From assembly GCA_965243695.1 (NCBI GenBank), contig CBDEWC010000039.1:424019-488018 (forward strand): DNA of 64,000 bases, written 5' to 3'. Within the stretch, counting starts at the first letter, position 1; every line of letters begins with the position of its first letter. The position numbers were made by a program, and so were the translations under genes. The DNA is from Lacipirellulaceae bacterium. GTDB taxonomy: Bacteria; Planctomycetota; Planctomycetia; Pirellulales; Lacipirellulaceae. This document shows, piece after piece, positions 38,701 to 47,409 of the stretch. The notes under the pieces were generated by a model that saw nothing but the letters and a program-made list of their open reading frames with translations, was not told the origin of the DNA and searched no databases.

Positions 38701-38884
38701 CATGGCTTAATCTGGGGGCGATTGTCCAAAGCGTCAAGAGTGTCCAAAAGAGAATCGCGCGACGCGTCGTCAGGCAGTTCAGAGGCCTGGAAGTGGTGGC
38801 TGACGCTTTCGTTGCGGTGAGCCTGATACGTGAAAATGCTTGTTGCGCTGCCATGGCGGGTTTTCCACAGGTTCGGCCAGACAC
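35702..38884 (-). CDS. DUF1549(PSCyt2)/DUF1553(PSD1) family protein with large uncharacterised middle insert
   Basis: 1060-aa ORF (GTG 38884; alternative ATG 38854). [52 protein letters not shown]. About 400 aa with no motif I recognise. [30 protein letters not shown]. Terminal [13 protein letters not shown]. Confidence 0.85.
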   Translation of the reverse strand: [1060 protein letters not shown]

Positions 38885-39257
38885 CAGATTTCAAGACTTC
38901 AATCGAACGTTGAGGTAACTCAGCCTGCGACGTTTGCAAACACCCAAACCAGTTGACCTATATCTCTTATTCCTATTGTACAACGAGGTTACACCATTGG
39001 GCAATTGTTGTCGTCGTGGCCGGACACCTGCTGCTTTCTCGGGTTGGTGAGGCCAAGGTGGCTCCCCAAAAAATCGGCTGCCAAAAATCCTTGAAATAAA
39101 GGCTTCCAAAAGTTATCGTATCAGCAGGTTGCGTTCCTGCCGAGTTCACGTTCCTGTCGAGTAGCTGTTTGCCGTATGGGGAATTGAATGTTTTCGCACG
39201 GATCGCCTTGAATATTGTCAATTCGTACGCAGTTCTCAGTAGAGAGGCCAATGAATT

Positions 39258-40157
39258 ATGAGTTATTCACGCCGCGGTTTTTTAAGACGGGCAGGAGTAG
39301 TTACGGCTGCGATTCCAGCGGGAGGCCTGCTGGGGTCTGCAGGTTTGGTAGATCACTTGACGGCGAGCGAGACGGGCACTGGCCAGGATGCAATTCCTCT
39401 GGGACTGGTTACTTATAACTGGGGGCGCGATTGGGACCTGCCAACGGTGATTGCCAACTGTGAAAAAACAGGCTTCGCAGGAGTGGAGTTGCGATCTACC
39501 CACAAGCACGGAGTAGAACCCGATCTCACGGCAAGTCAGCGGCACGAGGTTGCCCGGCGATTTTCGGACAGCTCCGTAGAACTGGTTGGGCTGGGAACAG
39601 CGTGTGAGTACCATGCTGAAGATCCCGCAGTGGTCAAAAAGAACATCGAAGAGTCGCAGGCATTTATCCAGCTTTGTCATGACTTGGGGGGTGGCGGAAT
39701 CAAGGTTCGCCCTAACAGGTTGTTGAAGGATGTGCCGGCGGAAAAAACGCTTGAGCAGATTGGCCAGGCACTGCGTCAAGTTGCGACCTATGGCGATGGA
39801 TACGGGGTTGCAATCCGACTGGAGGTACACGGTCATGGAACCCAGGAATTGCCCCACATAAAAACGATTATGGACGTGGCGGACCACCGGAACCTTTTTG
39901 TCTGTTGGAACTGCAATCCGCAGGACCTGAAGGGGGAAGGCTTCGACACCAATTTTGACCTTGTCGCCGATAAGATTGGCACGGTTCACATCCACGACTT
40001 AAGGTCCAATAACTATCCCTGGAAAAAACTGGTCAAGAAACTGAATGCGTCACACTTTACAGGTTGGGCTCTGCTTGAAGAAGGGAAGTCTCCCGACGAC
40101 ATTGTGCAGGCAATGCATGAGAATCGAACCATCTGGCAGCAGCTGAATTCCAGTTAA
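39258..40157 (+). CDS. Xylose-isomerase-like TIM-barrel protein (sugar phosphate isomerase/epimerase family), TAT signal
   Basis: 299 aa. MSYSRRGFLRRAGVVTAAIPAG. GFAGVELRSTH...RLEVHGHG...VHIHDL is typical of the AP_endonuc_2 / xylose-isomerase-like fold. Confidence 0.8.
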   Translation: MSYSRRGFLRRAGVVTAAIPAGGLLGSAGLVDHLTASETGTGQDAIPLGLVTYNWGRDWDLPTVIANCEKTGFAGVELRSTHKHGVEPDLTASQRHEVARRFSDSSVELVGLGTACEYHAEDPAVVKKNIEESQAFIQLCHDLGGGGIKVRPNRLLKDVPAEKTLEQIGQALRQVATYGDGYGVAIRLEVHGHGTQELPHIKTIMDVADHRNLFVCWNCNPQDLKGEGFDTNFDLVADKIGTVHIHDLRSNNYPWKKLVKKLNASHFTGWALLEEGKSPDDIVQAMHENRTIWQQLNSS

Positions 40158-40255
40158 AAGGGAACCCCACAAGTTGGCTGGCTTTGTGACAGTTCCTCTC
40201 GTGGCAGGCAGCGCACGATCTACATTATCCATCAAATCAAGAGAAGGTGCTCATT

Positions 40256-41374
40256 ATGAACCAACCGAAGATTACAAAACGAACCTCCCATTCGTTGACC
40301 CGTCGCGCGTTTGTCCAGCGGGCTGCGGTGGCGACCCTGGCAGTGCCAGGCGTTGCTCCTGCCATTCATGCCGCTGACAAGGCCGGTTCCCGGTCAGCGG
40401 TGATCGGTTCGGGGGAGCATACCTACGAGTGTATCCATGATTGGGGACGCGACCAGTTGCCCGGAGCGGCCCACTACGGCAATGCGTCCCATGGGGTTGC
40501 GATCGACAACTCAGGATGGATTTACATTACCCATTACGGAGATCCAGGTTCTATTTTTGTGTTTGATCCCGACGGCAGTTTTGTGAAATCGATGGGAGAA
40601 ATTCACCAGGTTTCCGGGACCGAGGGTCATGGCAAGGAGGCGCGTGGTCACGGTATTGATATTCGCAAAGAAGGTGGCCAGGAGTTTATTTACCTGGCTT
40701 CCAGTGACAAGACTATGGATTTTGCCAAGATGGATCTCGACGGGGAAATTGTTTGGCGGAAAGGTCGCAAGGAGCTTCACGAAGATACGGGGCAATATGA
40801 TTCCAAAACCGCCTATCGGCCCACGAACGTGAGCTTTGCACCCGACGGAGGTTATTTTCTGGGCGACGGCTATGGGAGCAATCTCATTCACCATTATGAT
40901 CGGGACGACAACTACGTGCGGACCATTGGAAGCATTGGTACGGGCGACGGTGAATTCCAAACCCCCCATGGTCAATGGCTCGACCAGCGGGATGGGCAGC
41001 CCAAACTGGTGGTTGCCGACCGGGCCAACAAACGATTGCAGTGGTTTGACATGGAGGGGCAACACCTGAAGACGCTCGGTGGATTTTTGTTTCCCGCCGA
41101 CATCGACATTCAAGGGGATCTTCTGGTGGTCCCTGACCTGCACTGTCGCGTCACCTTGCTCGACCGTGATGACAACGTGATTGTGCACCTGGGTGAAGAT
41201 CCGGTATGGCGAGAAAAGGCGCTGGAAGGATTCAAAATGCGGGGCGAGCGCCAAAAGTGGCAGCCCGGAAAATTTATCCACCCGCATGATGCCTGTTTTG
41301 ACGCCGACGGCAATATTTTTGTGACCGAGTGGGTCGATACGGGCCGCGTGACCAAACTTCGCAAGGTTTCCTGA
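40256..41374 (+). CDS. NHL-repeat six-bladed beta-propeller protein (peptidylglycine-amidating-lyase-like), TAT signal
   Basis: ORF 40247..41374, ATG 40256. SLTRRAFVQRAAVATLAV. Repeated ...GEFQTPHGQWLD.., ..LVVADRANKRLQWFD.., ..HPHDACFDADGNIFVTEW.. blades. Confidence 0.7.
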   Translation: MNQPKITKRTSHSLTRRAFVQRAAVATLAVPGVAPAIHAADKAGSRSAVIGSGEHTYECIHDWGRDQLPGAAHYGNASHGVAIDNSGWIYITHYGDPGSIFVFDPDGSFVKSMGEIHQVSGTEGHGKEARGHGIDIRKEGGQEFIYLASSDKTMDFAKMDLDGEIVWRKGRKELHEDTGQYDSKTAYRPTNVSFAPDGGYFLGDGYGSNLIHHYDRDDNYVRTIGSIGTGDGEFQTPHGQWLDQRDGQPKLVVADRANKRLQWFDMEGQHLKTLGGFLFPADIDIQGDLLVVPDLHCRVTLLDRDDNVIVHLGEDPVWREKALEGFKMRGERQKWQPGKFIHPHDACFDADGNIFVTEWVDTGRVTKLRKVS

Positions 41375-41385
41375 GTGGAACCCTG

Positions 41386-42828
41386 TTACCAGGTGTCGCT
41401 ACGGAACGGGGAGGCCGGCAGTCTGGCCTCGTTGACCAAGTTGGGTTCTGCTTCCTGGTGCCAGCCAAATCGTACGGCCTGGGGGTTTTTGACCTCGTTG
41501 GCGTGGACCATGACCGTGTCGCCATCGATGGTAGCGGTTGCGTCGACAAATTTCTGATTAGGCCCGGCAATGGTGAACCAGTTGAGCGGTTTTCCATCTC
41601 GAGAAACCAGGCCACCGTCGGTGTGATCAAAGAAAACACGCACCTGGTTTCCTTCGACTTTCATCGATTGGTACAAGGGACCCGAGTAACTTCCAATCTC
41701 TTTCTGATAGGTATCGGCCAGTGCCCATAGGGCCAGCCGCTTGCCAACATCTTGTTTGTTGGTGGGATGAATATCGTCAACATCACCAATATCCGTGGTA
41801 ACAGCCATGCCCGTGTGGGCAACGGTGAGCGTATGTCGCTGCGCGTCCCAGATACCTGGCAGCCACGTGGCATCACCCTCGTAGCGGAACGGAGCCAGTT
41901 GCACAAAATAAAAAGGCAGTTGCGGTTCTTGCCAAACGGTTCGCCAACCGCCGATCAGCGCTTTCATTTTTTCGTGGTAGAGCATTCCGTTGCCATTGTT
42001 TGACTCACCCTGGTACCAAATGGCTCCGCGGATTGGGTAGGGAACCAGCGGGTGAATCATGCCATTGTAGAGCGCCAGGGTAGATTGGTGATTGACGGAT
42101 CCGTCTTCTTTGCGCTTGGGATACTCGGCAAGATGATCTGCGATTTTCCGGAGTGCAGGGACTTCTTTAAATCCTACCGGCGGAATCCATGGCTCGATGC
42201 GGGTGCCTCCCCAGTTGCTGCCAATCAATCCAATCGGAACATCCAAATGGTCTTGAAGATGACGCGCAAAATAATAGCCAACGGCTGTAAAATTACCGAC
42301 CGTTGCCGGACTAGAGAGTTGCCAGCCTGTTGTTGCGACACTCTCCTGAGGTGTTGCGGCGGCGGTGTGGGGAATTTTAAGATGCCGAATTTCAGGGTAA
42401 TGGGCGGAAGCTATTTCGGCATCGGCGTTGTTCGATTGGTGCACCGCCCACTCCATATTGGACTGACCGCTACAGAGCCACACCTCGCCGACCAGGATAT
42501 CGGTGAGCGCAATCTCGGAGCTTCCCTTGGCGGTAAGCGACAGCGGTTTTCCGGGAGTACGCCGGGGAAAGCGGACCATCCATTTGCCGTCGGCAGCGGC
42601 CCGGGTCGAAGTCGACCGGTCACCAAGTGTGACCGTTATGGGTGTCTCAGGCACATCCCAACCCCACACCGGTATTTCCTCCGCTTGCTGCAAAACCATG
42701 TGATCGGTAAACGGGGCTGCGAGTCGTAATTCGGCGTGGATCCTGGTGGCAAGGTTGGTGGCAAAGTTGGCTACCAAGAGTGGCACCCATAACAAGCAGG
42801 CAGCTGCTTTTAAGCGTTGGTGTTTCAT
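41386..42828 (-). CDS. Sialate O-acetylesterase-like (SASA/SGNH-type) carbohydrate esterase, secreted
   Basis: 480 aa. Hallmark GEVWLCSGQSNMEWAV, then ...GLIGSNWGGTRIEPW... and ...GAIWYQGESN.... Confidence 0.8.
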   Translation of the reverse strand: MKHQRLKAAACLLWVPLLVANFATNLATRIHAELRLAAPFTDHMVLQQAEEIPVWGWDVPETPITVTLGDRSTSTRAAADGKWMVRFPRRTPGKPLSLTAKGSSEIALTDILVGEVWLCSGQSNMEWAVHQSNNADAEIASAHYPEIRHLKIPHTAAATPQESVATTGWQLSSPATVGNFTAVGYYFARHLQDHLDVPIGLIGSNWGGTRIEPWIPPVGFKEVPALRKIADHLAEYPKRKEDGSVNHQSTLALYNGMIHPLVPYPIRGAIWYQGESNNGNGMLYHEKMKALIGGWRTVWQEPQLPFYFVQLAPFRYEGDATWLPGIWDAQRHTLTVAHTGMAVTTDIGDVDDIHPTNKQDVGKRLALWALADTYQKEIGSYSGPLYQSMKVEGNQVRVFFDHTDGGLVSRDGKPLNWFTIAGPNQKFVDATATIDGDTVMVHANEVKNPQAVRFGWHQEAEPNLVNEARLPASPFRSDTW

Positions 42829-43198
42829 TGGGAGAAGGTCCTCTCAAAACGAGTATGTACCCCGGAGTACCGCCCGGCAGGTCGTGGCGAAGACGGCCAT
42901 TATGTCATGGCGCAGACAGAATCGTCAAATCGGCAGGTGACGACCGCTTGTTTGACTTGCTGGCGTGGGATCAGGCAGAAATATGTGGCGAAAGAGGCCG
43001 AATTCAACAAACCACCTCTTGGGGGTCGCGCCGGCGAGTCGGGTGATGAGGGTTCTATTTTCCTCGACGAGTTTTTCGCAAAGCTCGGCCTGATCTAGTT
43101 GCGCCGGTACAGCAGCAATGGGGCAACTGCAGATCACCGGAAGTTGTATCTGCGCCGCGCACGGGCTCGAAACCGGTCGCAACCAGGCCAACGGGAGG

Positions 43199-44188
43199 TT
43201 AGCCGTTGAATAAGTCGCGGCCAGCAACCAGCGCCTCCATTTTGGCGTCGGCAACGGTGCGCGGGAGCATCCAAAATCCACAATCGGGGTGGACGTACTG
43301 AATGCGTTCGGCGCCCACTTCATCGGCAACTCGGGAAATGCGGTGGGCAACCGTCTCGGGTGTCTCGACTTCATTGTCTTTGATGTCAATGACGCCGATA
43401 CCAAGTCCCAGGGATTTTTTTACATCGCGCAGCATCGTGAGCTCCGACTCCGGGCGCCGGGCCATTTCCAGCACAACATGGTCGGCCTCTAGGGCGTTGA
43501 GAAATTCGACCAACCGGTCATAGGCTCCTTTTTGGATGGTTTGTCCGCCGTAGTTTCCGAAGCAGAGGTGCACCGCTGTTTCGTGTTGGGCACCTGCCAG
43601 CACGCAATTAATTCCAGCGGCGGCGATGGCAGCATCCTCGGGGTTGCCAGTGATATTTGCTTCGTCGACCTGGATGATTTCGGCATCAACTTCGGCAACC
43701 TGCTGCTTTAAGACTTCGCCCAGAGCCATGACCAGCGACGAGAGATCGTGGTAATGGATGTCGGCCACGGTTTTGGCGAGCATGTAGGGACTGGTGACCG
43801 TAAATTTTTTGGGTCGCGTGCTCAAATCGCGAAATAGGCCGTAGTCGCTGGCCAAGTCAAGCCTGCCTGCACCAACCGGACCGGTCACGATTCCGGGTGG
43901 CTTGCTGCGAAAGGTCATCCCGTGCTGCTTGCGCCAACGCACCAGTTGTTGATGATCCAACTCGGTTTCAATTCCCGACATGGGACGCACAAAATAGTCA
44001 ATCATACCGTTGGTTTCGGCATGGTTGATGTCCCAGCGGTAGAGTTCTCCGTCGGCAACAACATCAATGCCGGCGAGTTCCTGGATTTTTAACACGGCGA
44101 GCATGGCGTCCCGCAATGATTCGGTATTGCTTACCATCTGCAGCCATGCAGGGACAGGATAACTACCTACGACGGTTGTTTTGATCAC
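43199..44188 (-). CDS. Cobalamin-independent methionine-synthase-like (MetE C-terminal domain family) Zn protein
   Basis: 329 aa. MIKTTVVGSYPVPAWL start, VHLCFGNYGG and YVHPDCGFW (His/Cys Zn-ligand motifs of the family). The start overlaps the upstream stop (44185-44188). Confidence 0.7.
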   Translation of the reverse strand: MIKTTVVGSYPVPAWLQMVSNTESLRDAMLAVLKIQELAGIDVVADGELYRWDINHAETNGMIDYFVRPMSGIETELDHQQLVRWRKQHGMTFRSKPPGIVTGPVGAGRLDLASDYGLFRDLSTRPKKFTVTSPYMLAKTVADIHYHDLSSLVMALGEVLKQQVAEVDAEIIQVDEANITGNPEDAAIAAAGINCVLAGAQHETAVHLCFGNYGGQTIQKGAYDRLVEFLNALEADHVVLEMARRPESELTMLRDVKKSLGLGIGVIDIKDNEVETPETVAHRISRVADEVGAERIQYVHPDCGFWMLPRTVADAKMEALVAGRDLFNG

Positions 44189-45642
44189 GGTTCTAGTCCT
44201 AGTGATGCGAATGACCAGTTCTCAGCTGTTTGCATGGTTGCCATATCGGGTAATGTTGCAAACCCCGTACCCGGACATTGAAGCGATCCGATTTCAAAAA
44301 GACCGCCTACGACTTCCGGACCGATGACTCCATGCTGACGACCGAGGAAATCAGGGTGGGCCTTCAGTGCCGCTTCTTGTTCTTTGGGCGGAAGATAGGA
44401 AATTCCTGGATGGTAATGATGACCGTTGCGTTCGATGTGTTCAAGGCCCAGAGTTGCGACCAGGCAGAGGTCGCTTTGTACCGGGATGACACCAACCGAG
44501 CAGAGGTCTTCGCCGGTCATCACAAATGGGGAAGAGTTGTCCAACTGGTTTAAATGCCAGGTGAGTCCGGCATTAAGCAGGCTGCGCAGGACACCTTTGC
44601 AACTTTTGCTACTCACCCCGCGATATCCACAGTCGATCGCCTCTCGATACGCGTCTCGGGTACCATCCGACTCATCAATGATCACGGGGATGGTTTTCCC
44701 CAATTGTCGAATACCTGAGGTATGCTTTGGGTCCAGGGCGATGGATCTTTCAAGAGGTTGTTCAATCACAAGCGTGTTGGCAAGCAGGGTTGCGAGTTTC
44801 GCATTACAGCGGAGTTGCTCAATAAGTTCACTGAAGTCATCGGCCTGCTTGTACTGCTCATTCCCATCAAGCGTGAGGCGATAACGATTGCCCAACCTTG
44901 GTTCTACGACCGAGACGAATTGTTCCAGGCGAGCGACATCGTGATCAAGCTGGTTGGCAAGCTTGATCTTGAAATATTGAATTCCCTTGTGGTCAATGTA
45001 CTGGTCCACCGATTGGGGAAATCCATCGTCGAGGCGTTCGTCAGCGGGGATGTCGCTGCTGGAGAGTGGGTCAGCCAGGCCAATGGTGTGGCGGACATAA
45101 AGTTGCTGGCGAGGTTCTTTGGGTAACCATGCTGCCGGTTCGATGCCTGAGAGTTCGGGGTGGATTTCACCAGCAGAAATGCCAAGCACATTTTTCTGGA
45201 TTAACTGGTTCAAGCTCAAATTGGTTGCCCGGCCGACGGCGTCAATCACTGCCCGTTCGACTAAACTGGTGCCAAACCCTGCCAGTAACTCGGGCCAGCT
45301 TCGCTGGCCTGCTTCGTCGTGAAGGCGATCATCGAGTGCCAGGTAGGCGCGGAAAAAATCGTTAGGCTTCCGCAGTTGGTCAGCCATGACGTGCTCGGCG
45401 AAGTGAATCGCGGAGAGCATATCTTCGATTTGCTGCTGGTAGTTCCTGGTCGGAGTCTTGTCGAACCATCCTGGCGGTAAACAGTCACCGCTGTAACCAA
45501 CTGCTACCGAGCCGTTGATTTCAACTTGGACCTCGAGGACTGCCTGTGGACAGGTTGTCAGGCAGGCAGTTCCATAGCGGAAAGGCAACCGCGTTGTCGA
45601 GTTGCGAAGTCCCAGGCGGGTTTCTTTGAGCGAAATCCTCAT
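44185..45642 (-). CDS. Enolase-superfamily (mandelate racemase/muconate-lactonizing-enzyme-like) protein, atypically long
   Basis: 485 aa. Candidate metal-ligand strands RLTLDGNEQY, LVIEQPL, VIIDESDG in the expected order and spacing. By-eye motif match only. Confidence 0.55.
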   Translation of the reverse strand: MRISLKETRLGLRNSTTRLPFRYGTACLTTCPQAVLEVQVEINGSVAVGYSGDCLPPGWFDKTPTRNYQQQIEDMLSAIHFAEHVMADQLRKPNDFFRAYLALDDRLHDEAGQRSWPELLAGFGTSLVERAVIDAVGRATNLSLNQLIQKNVLGISAGEIHPELSGIEPAAWLPKEPRQQLYVRHTIGLADPLSSSDIPADERLDDGFPQSVDQYIDHKGIQYFKIKLANQLDHDVARLEQFVSVVEPRLGNRYRLTLDGNEQYKQADDFSELIEQLRCNAKLATLLANTLVIEQPLERSIALDPKHTSGIRQLGKTIPVIIDESDGTRDAYREAIDCGYRGVSSKSCKGVLRSLLNAGLTWHLNQLDNSSPFVMTGEDLCSVGVIPVQSDLCLVATLGLEHIERNGHHYHPGISYLPPKEQEAALKAHPDFLGRQHGVIGPEVVGGLFEIGSLQCPGTGFATLPDMATMQTAENWSFASLGLEP

Positions 45643-45706
45643 CCGTGGTTACACGTTTACCGTTTCTGGGAATTTTGCGGATGGCAGCTTGTCCAGTCGA
45701 TGCGGC

Positions 45707-47149
45707 TCATACATCCTGGGGTACTTCAAACGGCTTACGGTATTTTCGTGTCATCATCAAACTCGCTTCGTCGTCACCCACGATGGTTTCGGTCTGTGGG
45801 TTAATTTCCAGCGGCCTGCCCAACTGGTACGTTGCGTCGGCGAGATCCATTCCAACCGCTTTGCAGTTTTCCTGGATGGTTTGCAGCGACTCGACGACTT
45901 GCTTGTCGTCTCCCAGTGCCTGGCTTTGTGCATTGAAAGGTACCTGTTTTCCCAGCCGGTAGGAAATATTCCCGAGATGACAAAGAGCTGCTGAGTAGTG
46001 TGCCGTTTCTGCGTCGGCATTGCAGTCCTCGGCACGACGGCTGCGAACCGCCGCAATAAAGCTGCCAAATTCGTTGCCGGGGGTGACCTGGCGTGGAGTG
46101 CCTCCTTCTACGGGGATTGCATCTCCGCCACCCGCTGGATGAAAGAGTCCCTTTTGGATCATGCCTTCGGTGGTGTAGTACTCGTTCTGAATCACGTTGG
46201 AAAAACCAGTATTTTTACCAACCAGCCCACGGGTTTCAAAAACAAGCAGCACGTCGCCGTACTCATAAACCGAGAGCTGGGTGTTGGGCGTTTGTCCTTG
46301 ATCTTGATACCCGAATCGTCCCCCCAGGCTCCAAACCCGCGTCGGCAGGGTAGCGCCGGGAATTGCCCAGCGGGCAACATCCATTTCATGAACACCTTGA
46401 TTTCCCGTATCCCCATTTCCAAAGTCCCAGAACCAGTGCCAGTTGTAATGGACCAGGTTGGCGTGGTAGGGCTGGTTGGGGGCTGGCCCCAGCCAGAGGT
46501 CAAAATCGATATGGTCAGGTGGTGTTTCTACCGGTTTGTTGCCAATCGACCAGCGCGGTTTGCAACAATAACCTTTCGAAACCAGTAACTTGCCGTAGTT
46601 ACCTGATTGGACAGCAGCAATTTCATTGGCCCGTTCCTGGCTCGACCGCTGTTGGGTGCCGTGTTGGACAACCACGTTGTATTTGCGGGCTGCTTCGACA
46701 CATTGGCGCCCCTCGAACATGTTGTGCGAGATCGGTTTTTCGACATAAACATCCTTGCCAGCCTGGCATCCCCAGATCGTATAAAGCGAGTGGGTGTGGT
46801 TACAGGTCGCGATGGAGATGGCATCGACGTTGGGGTCATCGAGGACATGCCGAATATCGGCAACGCATTGCGGTTCAGGCGCGCCGACAGCTGCCAGATG
46901 TTCTTTGACAGGACCGAACTGGGTCGAGTCGATATCGACCAGGTGCGACACCTCCACGCCGTCGATGCTCGCATAGTTCGTGTAATGGGCTTTTCCTCGT
47001 CCACGGAGTCCGACCACGGCAATCCGAATTTTGTCGTTTGCCCCGAGAACTTTTCCAGATGATTTTGTTCCGGCAATGGTAACCAGTGGAAGGACAGCAC
47101 CTCCGACAACGCCGTGTTTTAGAAAAGTTCGACGCGATAGGATTGACAT
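45707..47149 (-). CDS. Gfo/Idh/MocA family oxidoreductase, TAT signal
   Basis: 480 aa. MSILSRRTFLKHGVVGGAV. IRIAVVGLRGRGKAH Rossmann motif. VYVEKPISHN. Planctomycete-type C-terminal domain. Confidence 0.85.
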   Translation of the reverse strand: MSILSRRTFLKHGVVGGAVLPLVTIAGTKSSGKVLGANDKIRIAVVGLRGRGKAHYTNYASIDGVEVSHLVDIDSTQFGPVKEHLAAVGAPEPQCVADIRHVLDDPNVDAISIATCNHTHSLYTIWGCQAGKDVYVEKPISHNMFEGRQCVEAARKYNVVVQHGTQQRSSQERANEIAAVQSGNYGKLLVSKGYCCKPRWSIGNKPVETPPDHIDFDLWLGPAPNQPYHANLVHYNWHWFWDFGNGDTGNQGVHEMDVARWAIPGATLPTRVWSLGGRFGYQDQGQTPNTQLSVYEYGDVLLVFETRGLVGKNTGFSNVIQNEYYTTEGMIQKGLFHPAGGGDAIPVEGGTPRQVTPGNEFGSFIAAVRSRRAEDCNADAETAHYSAALCHLGNISYRLGKQVPFNAQSQALGDDKQVVESLQTIQENCKAVGMDLADATYQLGRPLEINPQTETIVGDDEASLMMTRKYRKPFEVPQDV

Positions 47150-47219
47150 GGGTTAGACCTCTCCGGCAACAGTTCTTGGTATTGGTCGTAAACGCACAAC
47201 CAAAATTATGTGAAAAATA

Positions 47220-47234
47220 GTTGATAAAATCAAC
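47220..47234. promoter_or_regulatory. Inverted repeat GTTGAT-AAA-ATCAAC in divergent spacer between Gfo/Idh/MocA and symporter genes
   Basis: Read directly; perfect 6-3-6 palindrome in an AT-rich 260-nt divergent promoter region. Confidence 0.25.
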
Positions 47235-47409
47235 CCTGGTGGCAGTTTGCCCCTTTTAATTCGCGGTCGATATTTTTGGAATAAGGTTTCTCCCTCTGTA
47301 CGCTGGAGACTTTAATCGAGTACTATTTCAAACGGTCCACATGACAATTTCGGTTTGAGTGGATGGTTCGTCATCGACATTTTGTTTCATATCCCATTGA
47401 GGGTCGCAC

